64,000 bases of DNA, taken from IMG/VR virus record IMGVR_UViG_3300033150_001234, positions 27,307 to 91,306 of that record; one strand, 5' to 3'. The position numbers and the translations under genes are program-made. The notes beneath the pieces are model-generated. The model did not search any database. It saw only the letters and a list, made by a program, of their open reading frames with translations, and was not told the DNA's origin. Position 1 is the first letter of the stretch; each line of letters begins with the position of its first letter. Positions 32,124 through 41,434 of the stretch are shown here, one piece after another. Origin of the DNA: a virus.

Positions 32124-32897
32124 ATGCAGAATTTTAAATTTAGTGTTGCAAAAGTAGAATTGAAACAAGGTGCAGTATCAAAAAAAGAAATAAATTTAAC
32201 TACTGATATTTCTATAGAGTATGATATGAGTACTGTAAAGAAACATGGTCAAGATGGTTTAGTACAGGATGAATTTAGTGATACCAAACAAATAAACATA
32301 TCTTTAACATATGCATCAGAAGATATTGAACCTACTCTTATTGAAGATGAAGATTATGATTTACATTTTACTACTGGATTTAACGACGGTGGAATAGCAG
32401 TTACTTTAGCAGATTGTAAATTACTTAAATATTTAGTAATACAATCTCAAAGTGGTTTTGCAATGACTAATTTAACATTTTCAAAGAAAAATGAAATGAA
32501 TTCAGTAGTAGGAGCTTCTATTACAAAACAAAGAGTTAAATTTGGAAGTAACTATATTGGAGATTCTGCATATGTAAATGTTAATTATGTAGGAAACGCT
32601 CAACCCATTGTTGTACCTACTGCTTTAGGAATATTAATTCAGTCTACTTCAGATTTAGGAGGTGGACAATTAGAAGTTAGGGTTAGAGGTTATGTAAAAA
32701 AAGATACTAGATTAGAATTAGAACAATATCTTATAAATTTATATACTGCATTAGCTACGGGTTCAGGTACCTTAACAGTGGAATACGGTGCGACCTCGTA
32801 TACCATAACTAATTGTTATTGGAGAAGTGGTTCTCCCAGTATTAGTAATAAGAACTTTACAGATTTTGAATTAACGTTCATCAAGAGTGCCTATTGA
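32124..32897 (+). CDS. Two-domain tail-tube paralog (Dit-like)
   Basis: N-half aligns by eye with the 22235 protein (FKFS.AK; G.N.GG.A.T..CK...Y.VI..Q..F....LT..K). Confidence 0.6.
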   Translation: MQNFKFSVAKVELKQGAVSKKEINLTTDISIEYDMSTVKKHGQDGLVQDEFSDTKQINISLTYASEDIEPTLIEDEDYDLHFTTGFNDGGIAVTLADCKLLKYLVIQSQSGFAMTNLTFSKKNEMNSVVGASITKQRVKFGSNYIGDSAYVNVNYVGNAQPIVVPTALGILIQSTSDLGGGQLEVRVRGYVKKDTRLELEQYLINLYTALATGSGTLTVEYGATSYTITNCYWRSGSPSISNKNFTDFELTFIKSAY

Positions 32898-32904
32898 TAG
32901 TGTA

Positions 32905-33083
32905 TAAAGGAAGGACGACAAAATATCGTCCTCTTTGTGCGCCGAACCAACCTTCACCAAAAATAAATATTCCTCATTGTCCTAAGTTATTTAGTTTCAA
33001 TGGCTTAGAGACACAATTCTTTTAACAATAAGTTGTCAATTTCCCCCAGTTATGGTATAATAGAATTGACGGTAAAGGATATG
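32905..33083 (+). repeat. 179-bp imperfect direct repeat, copy 1 (hairpin + IHF-like site + promoter)
   Basis: Ungapped match to 56780-56958, about 23 mismatches by hand count. Confidence 0.95.
33033..33061 (+). promoter_or_regulatory. Sigma70-type promoter TTGTCA-N17-TATAAT with extended TG
   Basis: -35 at 33033-33038, -10 at 33056-33061. Confidence 0.8.
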
Positions 33084-33109
33084 ATTCAGGTCAACAAAGG
33101 AGGTTCAAA

Positions 33110-33346
33110 ATGAAAGTAAAAGCAATTAAGAAAGTAGTAGAAAAAATTAGTGAAAGATTTTTATTACCGAAACCAGTAGTAACTGCTTTTAAAAGAGATG
33201 GTGAAACACAGTTAGAATTAAGAACAGAAATTAGTGGATATGATATGGCATATAGTAATTTAATTGAAGATATTGAAAAAATTGACAAGGATTATATTTG
33301 TGAACCTCAAGGTGGATGTGTTTACGTAGTATATAAACCTTGTTAA
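33110..33346 (+). CDS. Early hypothetical protein
   Basis: SD AGGAGG, first gene after promoter. Confidence 0.7.
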   Translation: MKVKAIKKVVEKISERFLLPKPVVTAFKRDGETQLELRTEISGYDMAYSNLIEDIEKIDKDYICEPQGGCVYVVYKPC

Positions 33347-33358
33347 GGAGGTAATAAA

Positions 33359-33493
33359 ATGTTGAGTGTACAGGAGTGTAAAAATTGTGCAGGTACAGGT
33401 TGGTACCCAGAGAAAGGTGAAATTATTTCTTTTAAAAATTACCGCTGTAAAAAATGTAAGGGTACAGGCAATATAATTAAAAAGAGAAAGTAA
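33359..33493 (+). CDS. 44-aa DnaJ-type zinc-finger protein (not in ORF track)
   Basis: SD AAGGAGG; CKNCAGTG...CKKCKGTG. Confidence 0.7.
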   Translation: MLSVQECKNCAGTGWYPEKGEIISFKNYRCKKCKGTGNIIKKRK

Positions 33494-33498
33494 AAGAG

Positions 33499-33527
33499 TT
33501 GACAATTTTCAAAAAATATGCTATACT
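33499..33527 (+). promoter_or_regulatory. Sigma70 promoter TTGACA-N17-TATACT (extended TG)
   Basis: Near-consensus, upstream of SD and ATG 33548. Confidence 0.8.
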
Positions 33528-33547
33528 TATATTAGAGGAGAAAAAAA

Positions 33548-34848
33548 TGAAATATATATTAAAAAGAAAAACGGATGTTAGGGATAAAAGGTTACCAATA
33601 ATAATAATCAAGAAATTTAAGGTATTTGGATATGTTATAACAATATCACGTCACGCATTAAATGCAGGTTATAAATATAGAAATGAAATTAATGTTAATA
33701 TAAGTAAGGGTTGGGAGGATTAAAATGTATTGTAAGCACGGTATTACTAAGGAAAGTTGTGCAATATGTAATGGTACAATGATACAAAAAGAATGTAAAC
33801 AAGAGCAATATCGTGATGAAAGATTAAGGAAAAAGGAATACATAAAACAACGCAGTAAATTACAGGAAGATAGTAAAATGTTTGCAAAGAGACATCGAGA
33901 CGATGTCATGGATGAAGATATAAAATATGTTATAGTTAATACCGTAAATGTAGAAAAGGAAGAAATAGAAATACTGTTTAATATAGCTAAAGAATTAGAA
34001 AGAACATTGCATGCGATTGAATGGATTTATAAATATGCCTGGAATGAAAATATAACTGAATTTATAAAAAATGCAGATGATAATAAATGGTATTTAAGAA
34101 TTCAACATATAAAAATGGAGTTGGGATTATGATAGATACTGCAGAGCATATAAAGCAAAAATTAAAAGAACATTTTAAATTATATGGTATAGAATATACG
34201 GGAGAATTAATTAAGCGCACTTATAAAAATAATAAGAAAGCATTAAGTTCACTACTCTACTACTACAATGGGCTAATAAGGAGGAAGTAAAATGTGGGTT
34301 AAGATAAATATTAGGACAAAAGAACAAAAGGAAAGAAAACAATATTCACGGGTTACTAAACCGTATACATTAAAGGATGCAAAAGAATTATCTAAAAGAT
34401 ACGTAGAAGATGATAATATAGTAGATGTATTTATAACTCACTTTGCTACATGGCATAATTATTTAGTTTGTTATTTAAAGAAAGATGGTAAAAAGGGATA
34501 TATAAAAGAAAGTGCAAGAATAGATTAAGGAGTACAATATGTCAGAATGGTCAAAGGTAATTATTACATGTGAAAGTGGTAAGGTGGTAGAATTTGACCC
34601 AGAGGACTGGAATGAAACACAAGTGCTCAAAAGATTAGAAAAAGAAGGTGAAAAAATAGTCGGTATTAAACATATTGATGAGTATAAACAATATAGAAAT
34701 AAGGACTAGCAAAATGAAAGATGTACATAAAGAATTTATGGAAAAAATGTGCCCTAGGTGTCATAAAGAATGTGTAACTAAAAAAGAAGTTAAAGAGTGT
34801 ATGTTAGCATATAATGATTTTGAAATAGATTACTTAGAGGAGGAATTG
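33548..34848 (+). CDS. Cluster of small early hypothetical ORFs
   Basis: Packed ORFs with SD sequences (33548, 33725, about 34129, 34292, 34539, 34714). Confidence 0.55.
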
Positions 34849-34978
34849 AAATGAATAAAGAACTTGGAAATAGATAAGATAGTAAGAAAGAGTGTTTGGA
34901 ACTATTGCGTAACTGCAAATAAATTTTATAGCGCATGTTTGCATGTTGAAATATTCAAAACTGAGAAGGGGGCACAAG

Positions 34979-35404
34979 ATGACTAAGGAAAAATTAAAAG
35001 AGATTTTAGTAGAAGCAAAATCAACATTTGAGATGATAGACATAATAGGTAGGGAGTTTCGTGAGTCAGATACTCTTAATTTAGAATATTATCACAAAAC
35101 ACTCGATAAGTTATCAGGCTGTTATACGTATTTAATGCCAATTTATTTAAAAATCGAAGCAATCAAGAAAAACACAGAAGTGAGTAAGTATATGGACCTG
35201 AAACTTAAATTTGTGCCCAATGATATAGAGAAAAAATTTGTAAGCACTGTTGCAGATAAGGAAGCATCTTATGAGGTGAGAGATTTACGTATGGCTAGAA
35301 ATATAATCGAGGGATATGTAAAGGTCACGGAAACCGATATCAATACATGCAAAAAACATATCGGAGGAAATGAAAAGGAAAGGCAGGTTCAACATAATGG
35401 GTAG
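34979..35404 (+). CDS. Hypothetical helical protein (possibly UvsY-like recombination mediator)
   Basis: Helical; in replication block that encodes RecA; function is a weak guess. Confidence 0.35.
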   Translation: MTKEKLKEILVEAKSTFEMIDIIGREFRESDTLNLEYYHKTLDKLSGCYTYLMPIYLKIEAIKKNTEVSKYMDLKLKFVPNDIEKKFVSTVADKEASYEVRDLRMARNIIEGYVKVTETDINTCKKHIGGNEKERQVQHNG

Positions 35405-35843
35405 AAAAAAGAGTATAGATAAACTAACACCTCTTGTGTTAGAATATGGCGTGACGCATGATGATAACTTAATCGCTCAATTGATAAAGGAATCATCAGG
35501 ATTAATTTATGTGGTAATGAAATATTATCGAATGGATTATTTCCCGGGACTAATACAGGAAGAAGTTGTAGGAGCATGTAAATCTATAATATTATTAAAG
35601 GCGATTAAAGGATTCGATGCAAAGAAGGGAAGGTTTTCAACTTATTATACATGGAAATTAAAAAGTTTTATAAAGTGCAAACAAAAATATTTTTTAAGAA
35701 GGAAGAAATTATTGGAACATCTCTCAATTGATGAAAAAATACCGGGAGCAGAGAATATGACACTAGCAGATTTTATGCACAATTTCGACTTATTGTTAAA
35801 ACAAAAATTAAGTGCTAAAATGGCACAGATTTTTAACCTTTGA
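35370..35843 (+). CDS. Sigma factor region 2-only protein
   Basis: KAIKGFDAKKGRFSTYYTWKLKSFI matches sigma70 region 2.3-2.4; no region 4 HTH. Confidence 0.7.
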   Translation: MKRKGRFNIMGRKKSIDKLTPLVLEYGVTHDDNLIAQLIKESSGLIYVVMKYYRMDYFPGLIQEEVVGACKSIILLKAIKGFDAKKGRFSTYYTWKLKSFIKCKQKYFLRRKKLLEHLSIDEKIPGAENMTLADFMHNFDLLLKQKLSAKMAQIFNL

Positions 35844-35858
35844 TATATAATATAATTA

Positions 35859-37562
35859 ATGATGGATATAATTCACAAATTTAATTCAAAAATCGAAAAG
35901 GTAAAATCGGATAAGATTTGTCTTCGATGTAAAAATAAAACTGCAAGCATTGCAGTAGTTGAAAATGCTGAATACTTTATTTGTTCAGAGTGTAGTATAA
36001 GAATATCGATGCACGATTTATTAATGAAGACGTTGCTCAATGCATATAAACAACTGAAATGGAGTATAGTTCCCGAAAAGAATAAGTCTGCATTAGAAGA
36101 AGAATGGACGACAATTAATCATTATGACATAAGTGAGTGGAGTAAGTGGCTTAAAGAGGGATATTATGTCAAGCATAAGAAATATTGGGCAAAGAACATA
36201 GGATTGGGAGTAAGGACTGGGAGCGCTAGTAATATTACAGTAATCGATGTTGATGAACTTGATAAATTTCCCGAAAAGTGGCTCGACTCAACCATCGTTC
36301 AGAAAACTCCGAGCGGAGGTTATCATTTATTTTTTCAATATGAGCCAGACATGAGAACAACACAAGCAACAAAAGGAAAATTAGGTATAGAGGTATGCGG
36401 CGACGGTAAAAAGGTTACGATATATCCTTCGAATAATTATCTATGGAAGAACTTTACGCTAAAAATGCCAAAAATGCCGAAAGAATTAAAAGAGCTAATA
36501 CTCGCTAATTGTAAAAAATCTGAAAATCTATCTGATGATATATATAAGGAGATAGATATTCCTGAGGGACAAAGGAATAATCAGCTAGTGACAATCGGAG
36601 GTGTTCTTAGAAAATTTTTGCCAAAGCAGCAGCTAAATAACACATTGAGAGTAATTAATCAATCATTGTGTAATCCTTCGTTACCGCAGATGGAAATAAC
36701 AAACCTCGTAAAAATGTTGAGTTCATATGATGATGATGATAATGATTTTTTTAAAAATCAGGTATACGAATATTTAAAGATGGTCGATGAAGAACATTCG
36801 CGGGATATATCGCAGGCATTAGAAATAAAACGAGGAAGGACAGATGGATTTTTGAAAAAACTGTGTGATGAAGGGAAGATAATGAAAATTGCTCGTGCAA
36901 CATATAAAGTAAAAGTACGAGCAGATTGGAAAGAGGGATTCGAAGGTGAAAATATACAGGCGCTAGATTATAAAGTTCCGTATTTCGATGATATTGCATA
37001 TTTTGTTCAAGGTGACATGATTATCATTGGGGGTCAGCCAAAGATAGGAAAGACAACAATAGCAGTTAATGTATTGAAGAAATTAGTAGTGCAAAAGACA
37101 AAGCCCCACTATTTATGTATTGAAGGAGGCGCTCGACTTAAAAAAACAACAAATATTTTAAAGATTGACCCAAAGAGCTTTCTTCATCTTTATGAATGCG
37201 ACCCGATGAAAATTGAAATTGAATCAAATGCGATTACAATTTTAGATTGGTTATACATCGAAGATAAGTCGATGACAGATAAAATATTCAAATATTTATC
37301 TGAAAAATTGCAAGAGAGGAAAGGATTATTAATTGTTTTTGTGCAACTTAAAGAAAACGGAGATTGGTTTGCACCAAATATGATTAAGCAGTTTCCTTCA
37401 TTAGCAGCAAAATATTTTTATAGTGATGAAACGGGCGAAACAGGATATTTTGAAGTCTCAACAATAAGAGACCCTAAGGGATTTAACAGGTTTGTGAGAA
37501 TACCCTGTCGTTATGATAGATATACAAAAGTGCTGGAGATAATAAATGAAGAGAATCAATAA
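35859..37562 (+). CDS. Primase-polymerase (Prim-Pol) + PriCT + RecA-fold helicase
   Basis: N-terminal Zn ribbon, GVRTG..VIDVD, TPSGGYHLFF, EGQRNNQL..PSL, Walker A GQPKIGKT. Confidence 0.88.
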   Translation: MMDIIHKFNSKIEKVKSDKICLRCKNKTASIAVVENAEYFICSECSIRISMHDLLMKTLLNAYKQLKWSIVPEKNKSALEEEWTTINHYDISEWSKWLKEGYYVKHKKYWAKNIGLGVRTGSASNITVIDVDELDKFPEKWLDSTIVQKTPSGGYHLFFQYEPDMRTTQATKGKLGIEVCGDGKKVTIYPSNNYLWKNFTLKMPKMPKELKELILANCKKSENLSDDIYKEIDIPEGQRNNQLVTIGGVLRKFLPKQQLNNTLRVINQSLCNPSLPQMEITNLVKMLSSYDDDDNDFFKNQVYEYLKMVDEEHSRDISQALEIKRGRTDGFLKKLCDEGKIMKIARATYKVKVRADWKEGFEGENIQALDYKVPYFDDIAYFVQGDMIIIGGQPKIGKTTIAVNVLKKLVVQKTKPHYLCIEGGARLKKTTNILKIDPKSFLHLYECDPMKIEIESNAITILDWLYIEDKSMTDKIFKYLSEKLQERKGLLIVFVQLKENGDWFAPNMIKQFPSLAAKYFYSDETGETGYFEVSTIRDPKGFNRFVRIPCRYDRYTKVLEIINEENQ

Positions 37563-38478
37563 TATAATTTTGGGAGGTGGAATTGCGGGATTAATTTTAA
37601 ATAATTATATCAAGGATTCGATATTGATTGAAAAATCGGAACATGTTGCAAGAGATTTTTCGAATAATGTATTCCCTAAATATATTCACGCTTCTGATGC
37701 AGCTATTAAATTGTTTACTGATGTGGGGATTAAACCTACGCTGAAACGTTTTAAAATAGGCATATATTATGATAGTAAAATATTCAGTTTTTATCGTAAT
37801 GTCAAGGGAAAGAGGATGATGTATTGTGATTATTGTCTAAAAAAATACGGTCAGCTAAAAATAAACAAAATGAATCAATATATGAAAAAGAAAAGAATAA
37901 CACATCATATAACAAATAAACAAGAACTAATTGATACTATATATAATAAAAATAAAAATAGAATCTTAATCAACGAGAACGTAGCATCAATTGATGTTAT
38001 TCGAAGGACGATATATACTAACTGCAATGAATATAAATATAAGAAATTAATATCGACAATACCAATTAACATATTTGCAAATATAGCTAAATTAAATTCA
38101 GACATATTAAGGTACATCACGCTCAATGCATTTATATTTAATGTATATAATATAATGTGTAAGTATGACTTTATTTATGTTCCTGACTTACATTATAGGG
38201 CAAATCGTATAAATATTAATCGTGATGAGGGTGTAGTCATTGTTGAGGTTACAGGAGATGAGTCGAAACTAAAAACAAGCGATGTAAATAATTTCACGCA
38301 AATGTTTTGTGGAAAAATAATAAATTCAAAATTCACTCAATATAGGTTCCCAATAACGTCTCTAAGAAAAAATGTAAAACATGTGAGGTTTGTTGGGCGC
38401 TTTGCACAAGGTAATTATGCAATAATGATGGGAGATATTGTTGATGAAGCAAAAAGATTATCTAAAGAAAATATTTGA
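37546..38478 (+). CDS. FAD-dependent oxidoreductase (UDP-galactopyranose mutase / HemY-like)
   Basis: IILGGGIAG, IEK, ISTIP, VGRFA. Confidence 0.7.
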   Translation: MKRINNIILGGGIAGLILNNYIKDSILIEKSEHVARDFSNNVFPKYIHASDAAIKLFTDVGIKPTLKRFKIGIYYDSKIFSFYRNVKGKRMMYCDYCLKKYGQLKINKMNQYMKKKRITHHITNKQELIDTIYNKNKNRILINENVASIDVIRRTIYTNCNEYKYKKLISTIPINIFANIAKLNSDILRYITLNAFIFNVYNIMCKYDFIYVPDLHYRANRININRDEGVVIVEVTGDESKLKTSDVNNFTQMFCGKIINSKFTQYRFPITSLRKNVKHVRFVGRFAQGNYAIMMGDIVDEAKRLSKENI

Positions 38479-39364
38479 AATACAATCAGACTTCAATAAA
38501 GACCTCATTAATCTTTCGATTAAAGATAGAGAGTTGAAGACTAAAGAGTTTATACTCGCATTATTGTCTGAAACAACTGAGTTATTAGAAGAAATAAACT
38601 GGGCAAAATGGAAAAGAAAGAAGGATGTCATATCTTCAAATGTTAGTGAGGAGATAATTGATATAATGAAATTCTTATTGAACATATGCATCTTGTGGGG
38701 AATTGACCATAAACAGTTCTACGATGAATTCGTAAGGAAAAGCATGGTCGTTGGACAGCGTGCAAAACAAAAGCGACTAATGGATGATTTAAGACAACAC
38801 CACACGCCGGTATGTGCTCTGGATTTAGACGGCACACTTGTAGATTATCCGAGATGCTGGATAGATTATGTGAATAAAATTAAAAAAACGAACTTTGATG
38901 ATTTATTTGACATGAGGAATAAATTGGATAAGATGGAGTATCTAGAACTTAAAGATAGATATCGCAAAAGCGGAATAAAGCAGCATTTACCAATGATAAG
39001 AGGTGCTAAGCGATTTGTTGATAAATTATCAAAGTTAGGATATTCAATAATAATCATTACAAAGAGACCTTACAAGAGATATTATAGAATATTTGCTGAC
39101 ACGAAGATAAGCTTAGACAGCAACAAGATAAAATATGATGCAATATTGTTTGATGATAATAAACACAAAACAATCGTGAGTGAATTTCCAGGATTATCAT
39201 TTATCGTTGAGGACAATCGAAGAATTGCGAATGAAATATCGAGATGGGGATATAAAGTTTTTTTGTTAAATACTAAGTATAATCAGGGAAGTATCGACAA
39301 AAATGTTGTGAGGGTATATAATTATAACGAAGTTATCAATAATCTAAAAAGGGAGGTGGAATAG
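38444..39364 (+). CDS. Dimeric dUTPase/MazG-like domain fused to HAD 5'(3')-deoxyribonucleotidase
   Basis: ETTELLEEINW.KW...EEIIDI; LDLDGTL, IITKR, IVEDN, YN. Confidence 0.8.
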   Translation: MKQKDYLKKIFEIQSDFNKDLINLSIKDRELKTKEFILALLSETTELLEEINWAKWKRKKDVISSNVSEEIIDIMKFLLNICILWGIDHKQFYDEFVRKSMVVGQRAKQKRLMDDLRQHHTPVCALDLDGTLVDYPRCWIDYVNKIKKTNFDDLFDMRNKLDKMEYLELKDRYRKSGIKQHLPMIRGAKRFVDKLSKLGYSIIIITKRPYKRYYRIFADTKISLDSNKIKYDAILFDDNKHKTIVSEFPGLSFIVEDNRRIANEISRWGYKVFLLNTKYNQGSIDKNVVRVYNYNEVINNLKREVE

Positions 39365-39651
39365 TGGCAAAGAATAGTTATATTAGTATTGTAAAAGATG
39401 CATTAAAAGAAGGCATTGAGAAGGACTCGATGGTTGAATATATCAAAGAGAGACTTCCGGACTACGAGGAGTGGAGAATAAAGGCAAAATTAACAGCAAC
39501 AATTAACCGAATCAATAAGAAGGGTGTGAAAGTTGAAGTGAGGGAGGTTAGCAAGGAAGAGGTTAAACAAGAAGAAGTCGGTCAGGAGAAAGAAGAAATT
39601 AGTCAAGAAAAAGAAGTTGAGAAAAAGGAAGATATTCAGAAAGAAATATGA
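39364..39651 (+). CDS. Hypothetical protein with acidic C-terminus
   Basis: SD GGGAGG, GTG start. Confidence 0.55.
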   Translation: MAKNSYISIVKDALKEGIEKDSMVEYIKERLPDYEEWRIKAKLTATINRINKKGVKVEVREVSKEEVKQEEVGQEKEEISQEKEVEKKEDIQKEI

Positions 39652-40475
39652 AAGTACTAATAACAGGCCCAAGAGGGTATCTAGCGACCGCGATGAGAAA
39701 CAAGGCAGACATTGATTTCATCTATGAGAAAAATGCTTACGGAGATATCATTGAAACTGACATTACGCACTCAGAGCGGTTTCTAGATTTTGATTATGAT
39801 GTAATCATTCATAATGCGGGAATTGTAGGGACAACGAACTGCATCAAATCTCCATATGCTGTAGATGTTAATGTCAATGGAACTGCCAATATGATTAAGG
39901 TGTCTCGAAAAAAGAATGTTCCAATAATCTTTTTATCGACATCGGTTGTGTATAAACCAACCAGACTTGATATAAAGGAAGATAGTCTAAAAGAACCACA
40001 GACATTGTATGGTAAGACTAAATATCTGGGAGAGCTCATGTTGAGAGAATTGTCCGATAAATTTATAATCGTTAGACCCTGTATGATATTTGGTCCGAAT
40101 GATAAACATTCAGCTATTACGATGGCAATGGCGCCAACAAAAGATAATCCGAAGACGATATATCTAGACCCTCAATATTATAAACCATATTTGCATATAG
40201 ATGAGTTTGTAAAAGGAATGGAGATAATAATAAAAAACCATAAAAAATTGTTGGGCGAAGATATCAATTTCGCACCCGAAAAGCACCATAAGGTGAGGGA
40301 CATATTAGATTATGTTTATCGAATAACAAAAAGGAAAAATTATAAGTTAGTTAAGAAACATGATTACTTAGGTGACCACATCCTGACTGACAAGAAAATT
40401 AAGAGATTGACAGGATGGAAGCAGAAACATTCGTTACAATATAGTATCTGCAAGACATATAAGGAAATGAAATGA
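39648..40475 (+). CDS. NAD-dependent epimerase/dehydratase (extended SDR)
   Basis: VLITGPRGY, HNAG, STSVVY, YGKTK (YxxxK). Confidence 0.88.
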   Translation: MKVLITGPRGYLATAMRNKADIDFIYEKNAYGDIIETDITHSERFLDFDYDVIIHNAGIVGTTNCIKSPYAVDVNVNGTANMIKVSRKKNVPIIFLSTSVVYKPTRLDIKEDSLKEPQTLYGKTKYLGELMLRELSDKFIIVRPCMIFGPNDKHSAITMAMAPTKDNPKTIYLDPQYYKPYLHIDEFVKGMEIIIKNHKKLLGEDINFAPEKHHKVRDILDYVYRITKRKNYKLVKKHDYLGDHILTDKKIKRLTGWKQKHSLQYSICKTYKEMK

Positions 40476-40948
40476 TTGATGAGATAGATTCTATCAAGCG
40501 TTATGTAGAAGAGAACGGAAGATTGATTAATCGAAATCACGGTTCATCGAGAGAAATATTGTCATATTCAATTAAACTGAATCCAGAAAATTATGTGTCG
40601 TTTAGAATAAAAGAGTACAATGAATATTACAAAATGATTGCGAATCAAATACCGATAGCATTAACTGAATATAGCAAAAACAAATTTAGCAGGAGATTGT
40701 TGTTCCAATTTGATAGGTTTTATTATGAAGATAGGGTGGAAGATTATTTGATTTGCCCCGAAAGCTTTATAATATTTTTCATAAATGATAATGATTATGA
40801 GTTAGTAATAAATTTAAGAAGTACTGACATAGATAGATTAAGTGAAGATGTGTCAATCATAAAACACATAACGCAAGGCATATTCGAGGAAAAAAATTTA
40901 TCATTAATTCGCGTGCACATATGTAACTTACATTGTTATATATTATAA
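40472..40948 (+). CDS. Miniature thymidylate synthase / dNMP hydroxymethylase-fold protein
   Basis: ENG...G.SRE, SRR, LICP (putative catalytic Cys), LVINLRSTD (RSxD), NLHCY (xLHxY). Confidence 0.6.
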   Translation: MIDEIDSIKRYVEENGRLINRNHGSSREILSYSIKLNPENYVSFRIKEYNEYYKMIANQIPIALTEYSKNKFSRRLLFQFDRFYYEDRVEDYLICPESFIIFFINDNDYELVINLRSTDIDRLSEDVSIIKHITQGIFEEKNLSLIRVHICNLHCYIL

Positions 40949-40981
40949 TGACGGTTCACGACTTCATTCGGAGGTTCGACA

Positions 40982-41434
40982 ATGTACAAAATAATAATAT
41001 TCGAAGGTCCAGACTGCTCCGGAAAATCAACGATTAAATCAGCATTAGAAAAGCATACAAACTATAAGCATCTATGTGTTGACAGAATGTTTATTACATC
41101 ACTTGTATATAATAAAATAATAAATAGAAATAAAGATATTGAACATGACATATTGGGAGACTTGAATGAATTTGCAAATCTAAAACCAATATTCATTCAT
41201 GTAATTACAGACTCAGATACAATATGGAATAGAATAAATAGACGCGGTGATGACATGTTGACAACAGAAGAACTTGTTATCAAGATATGTGCAGAATATA
41301 AACGAGTATTTAAGTCATTGGAAGATTCTATTGACATTATTGAAGTATTCGGTAATGAACCTGTGCTTAAATCAGTAGAGAGGATAGTGGATGGGATTCG
41401 CAAAAGATATAAGGGAGATGAAACAAGACGATGA
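40982..41434 (+). CDS. Deoxynucleoside monophosphate (thymidylate-like) kinase
   Basis: IIFEGPDCSGKST, DRMFITSLVY, RRGDD. Confidence 0.85.
   Translation: MYKIIIFEGPDCSGKSTIKSALEKHTNYKHLCVDRMFITSLVYNKIINRNKDIEHDILGDLNEFANLKPIFIHVITDSDTIWNRINRRGDDMLTTEELVIKICAEYKRVFKSLEDSIDIIEVFGNEPVLKSVERIVDGIRKRYKGDETRR

Noticed and set aside
40949-40981. tRNA fragment (GGTTCGA)
   Set aside because: Only 33 nt with no cloverleaf; it overlaps the GGAGG ribosome-binding site of the kinase gene
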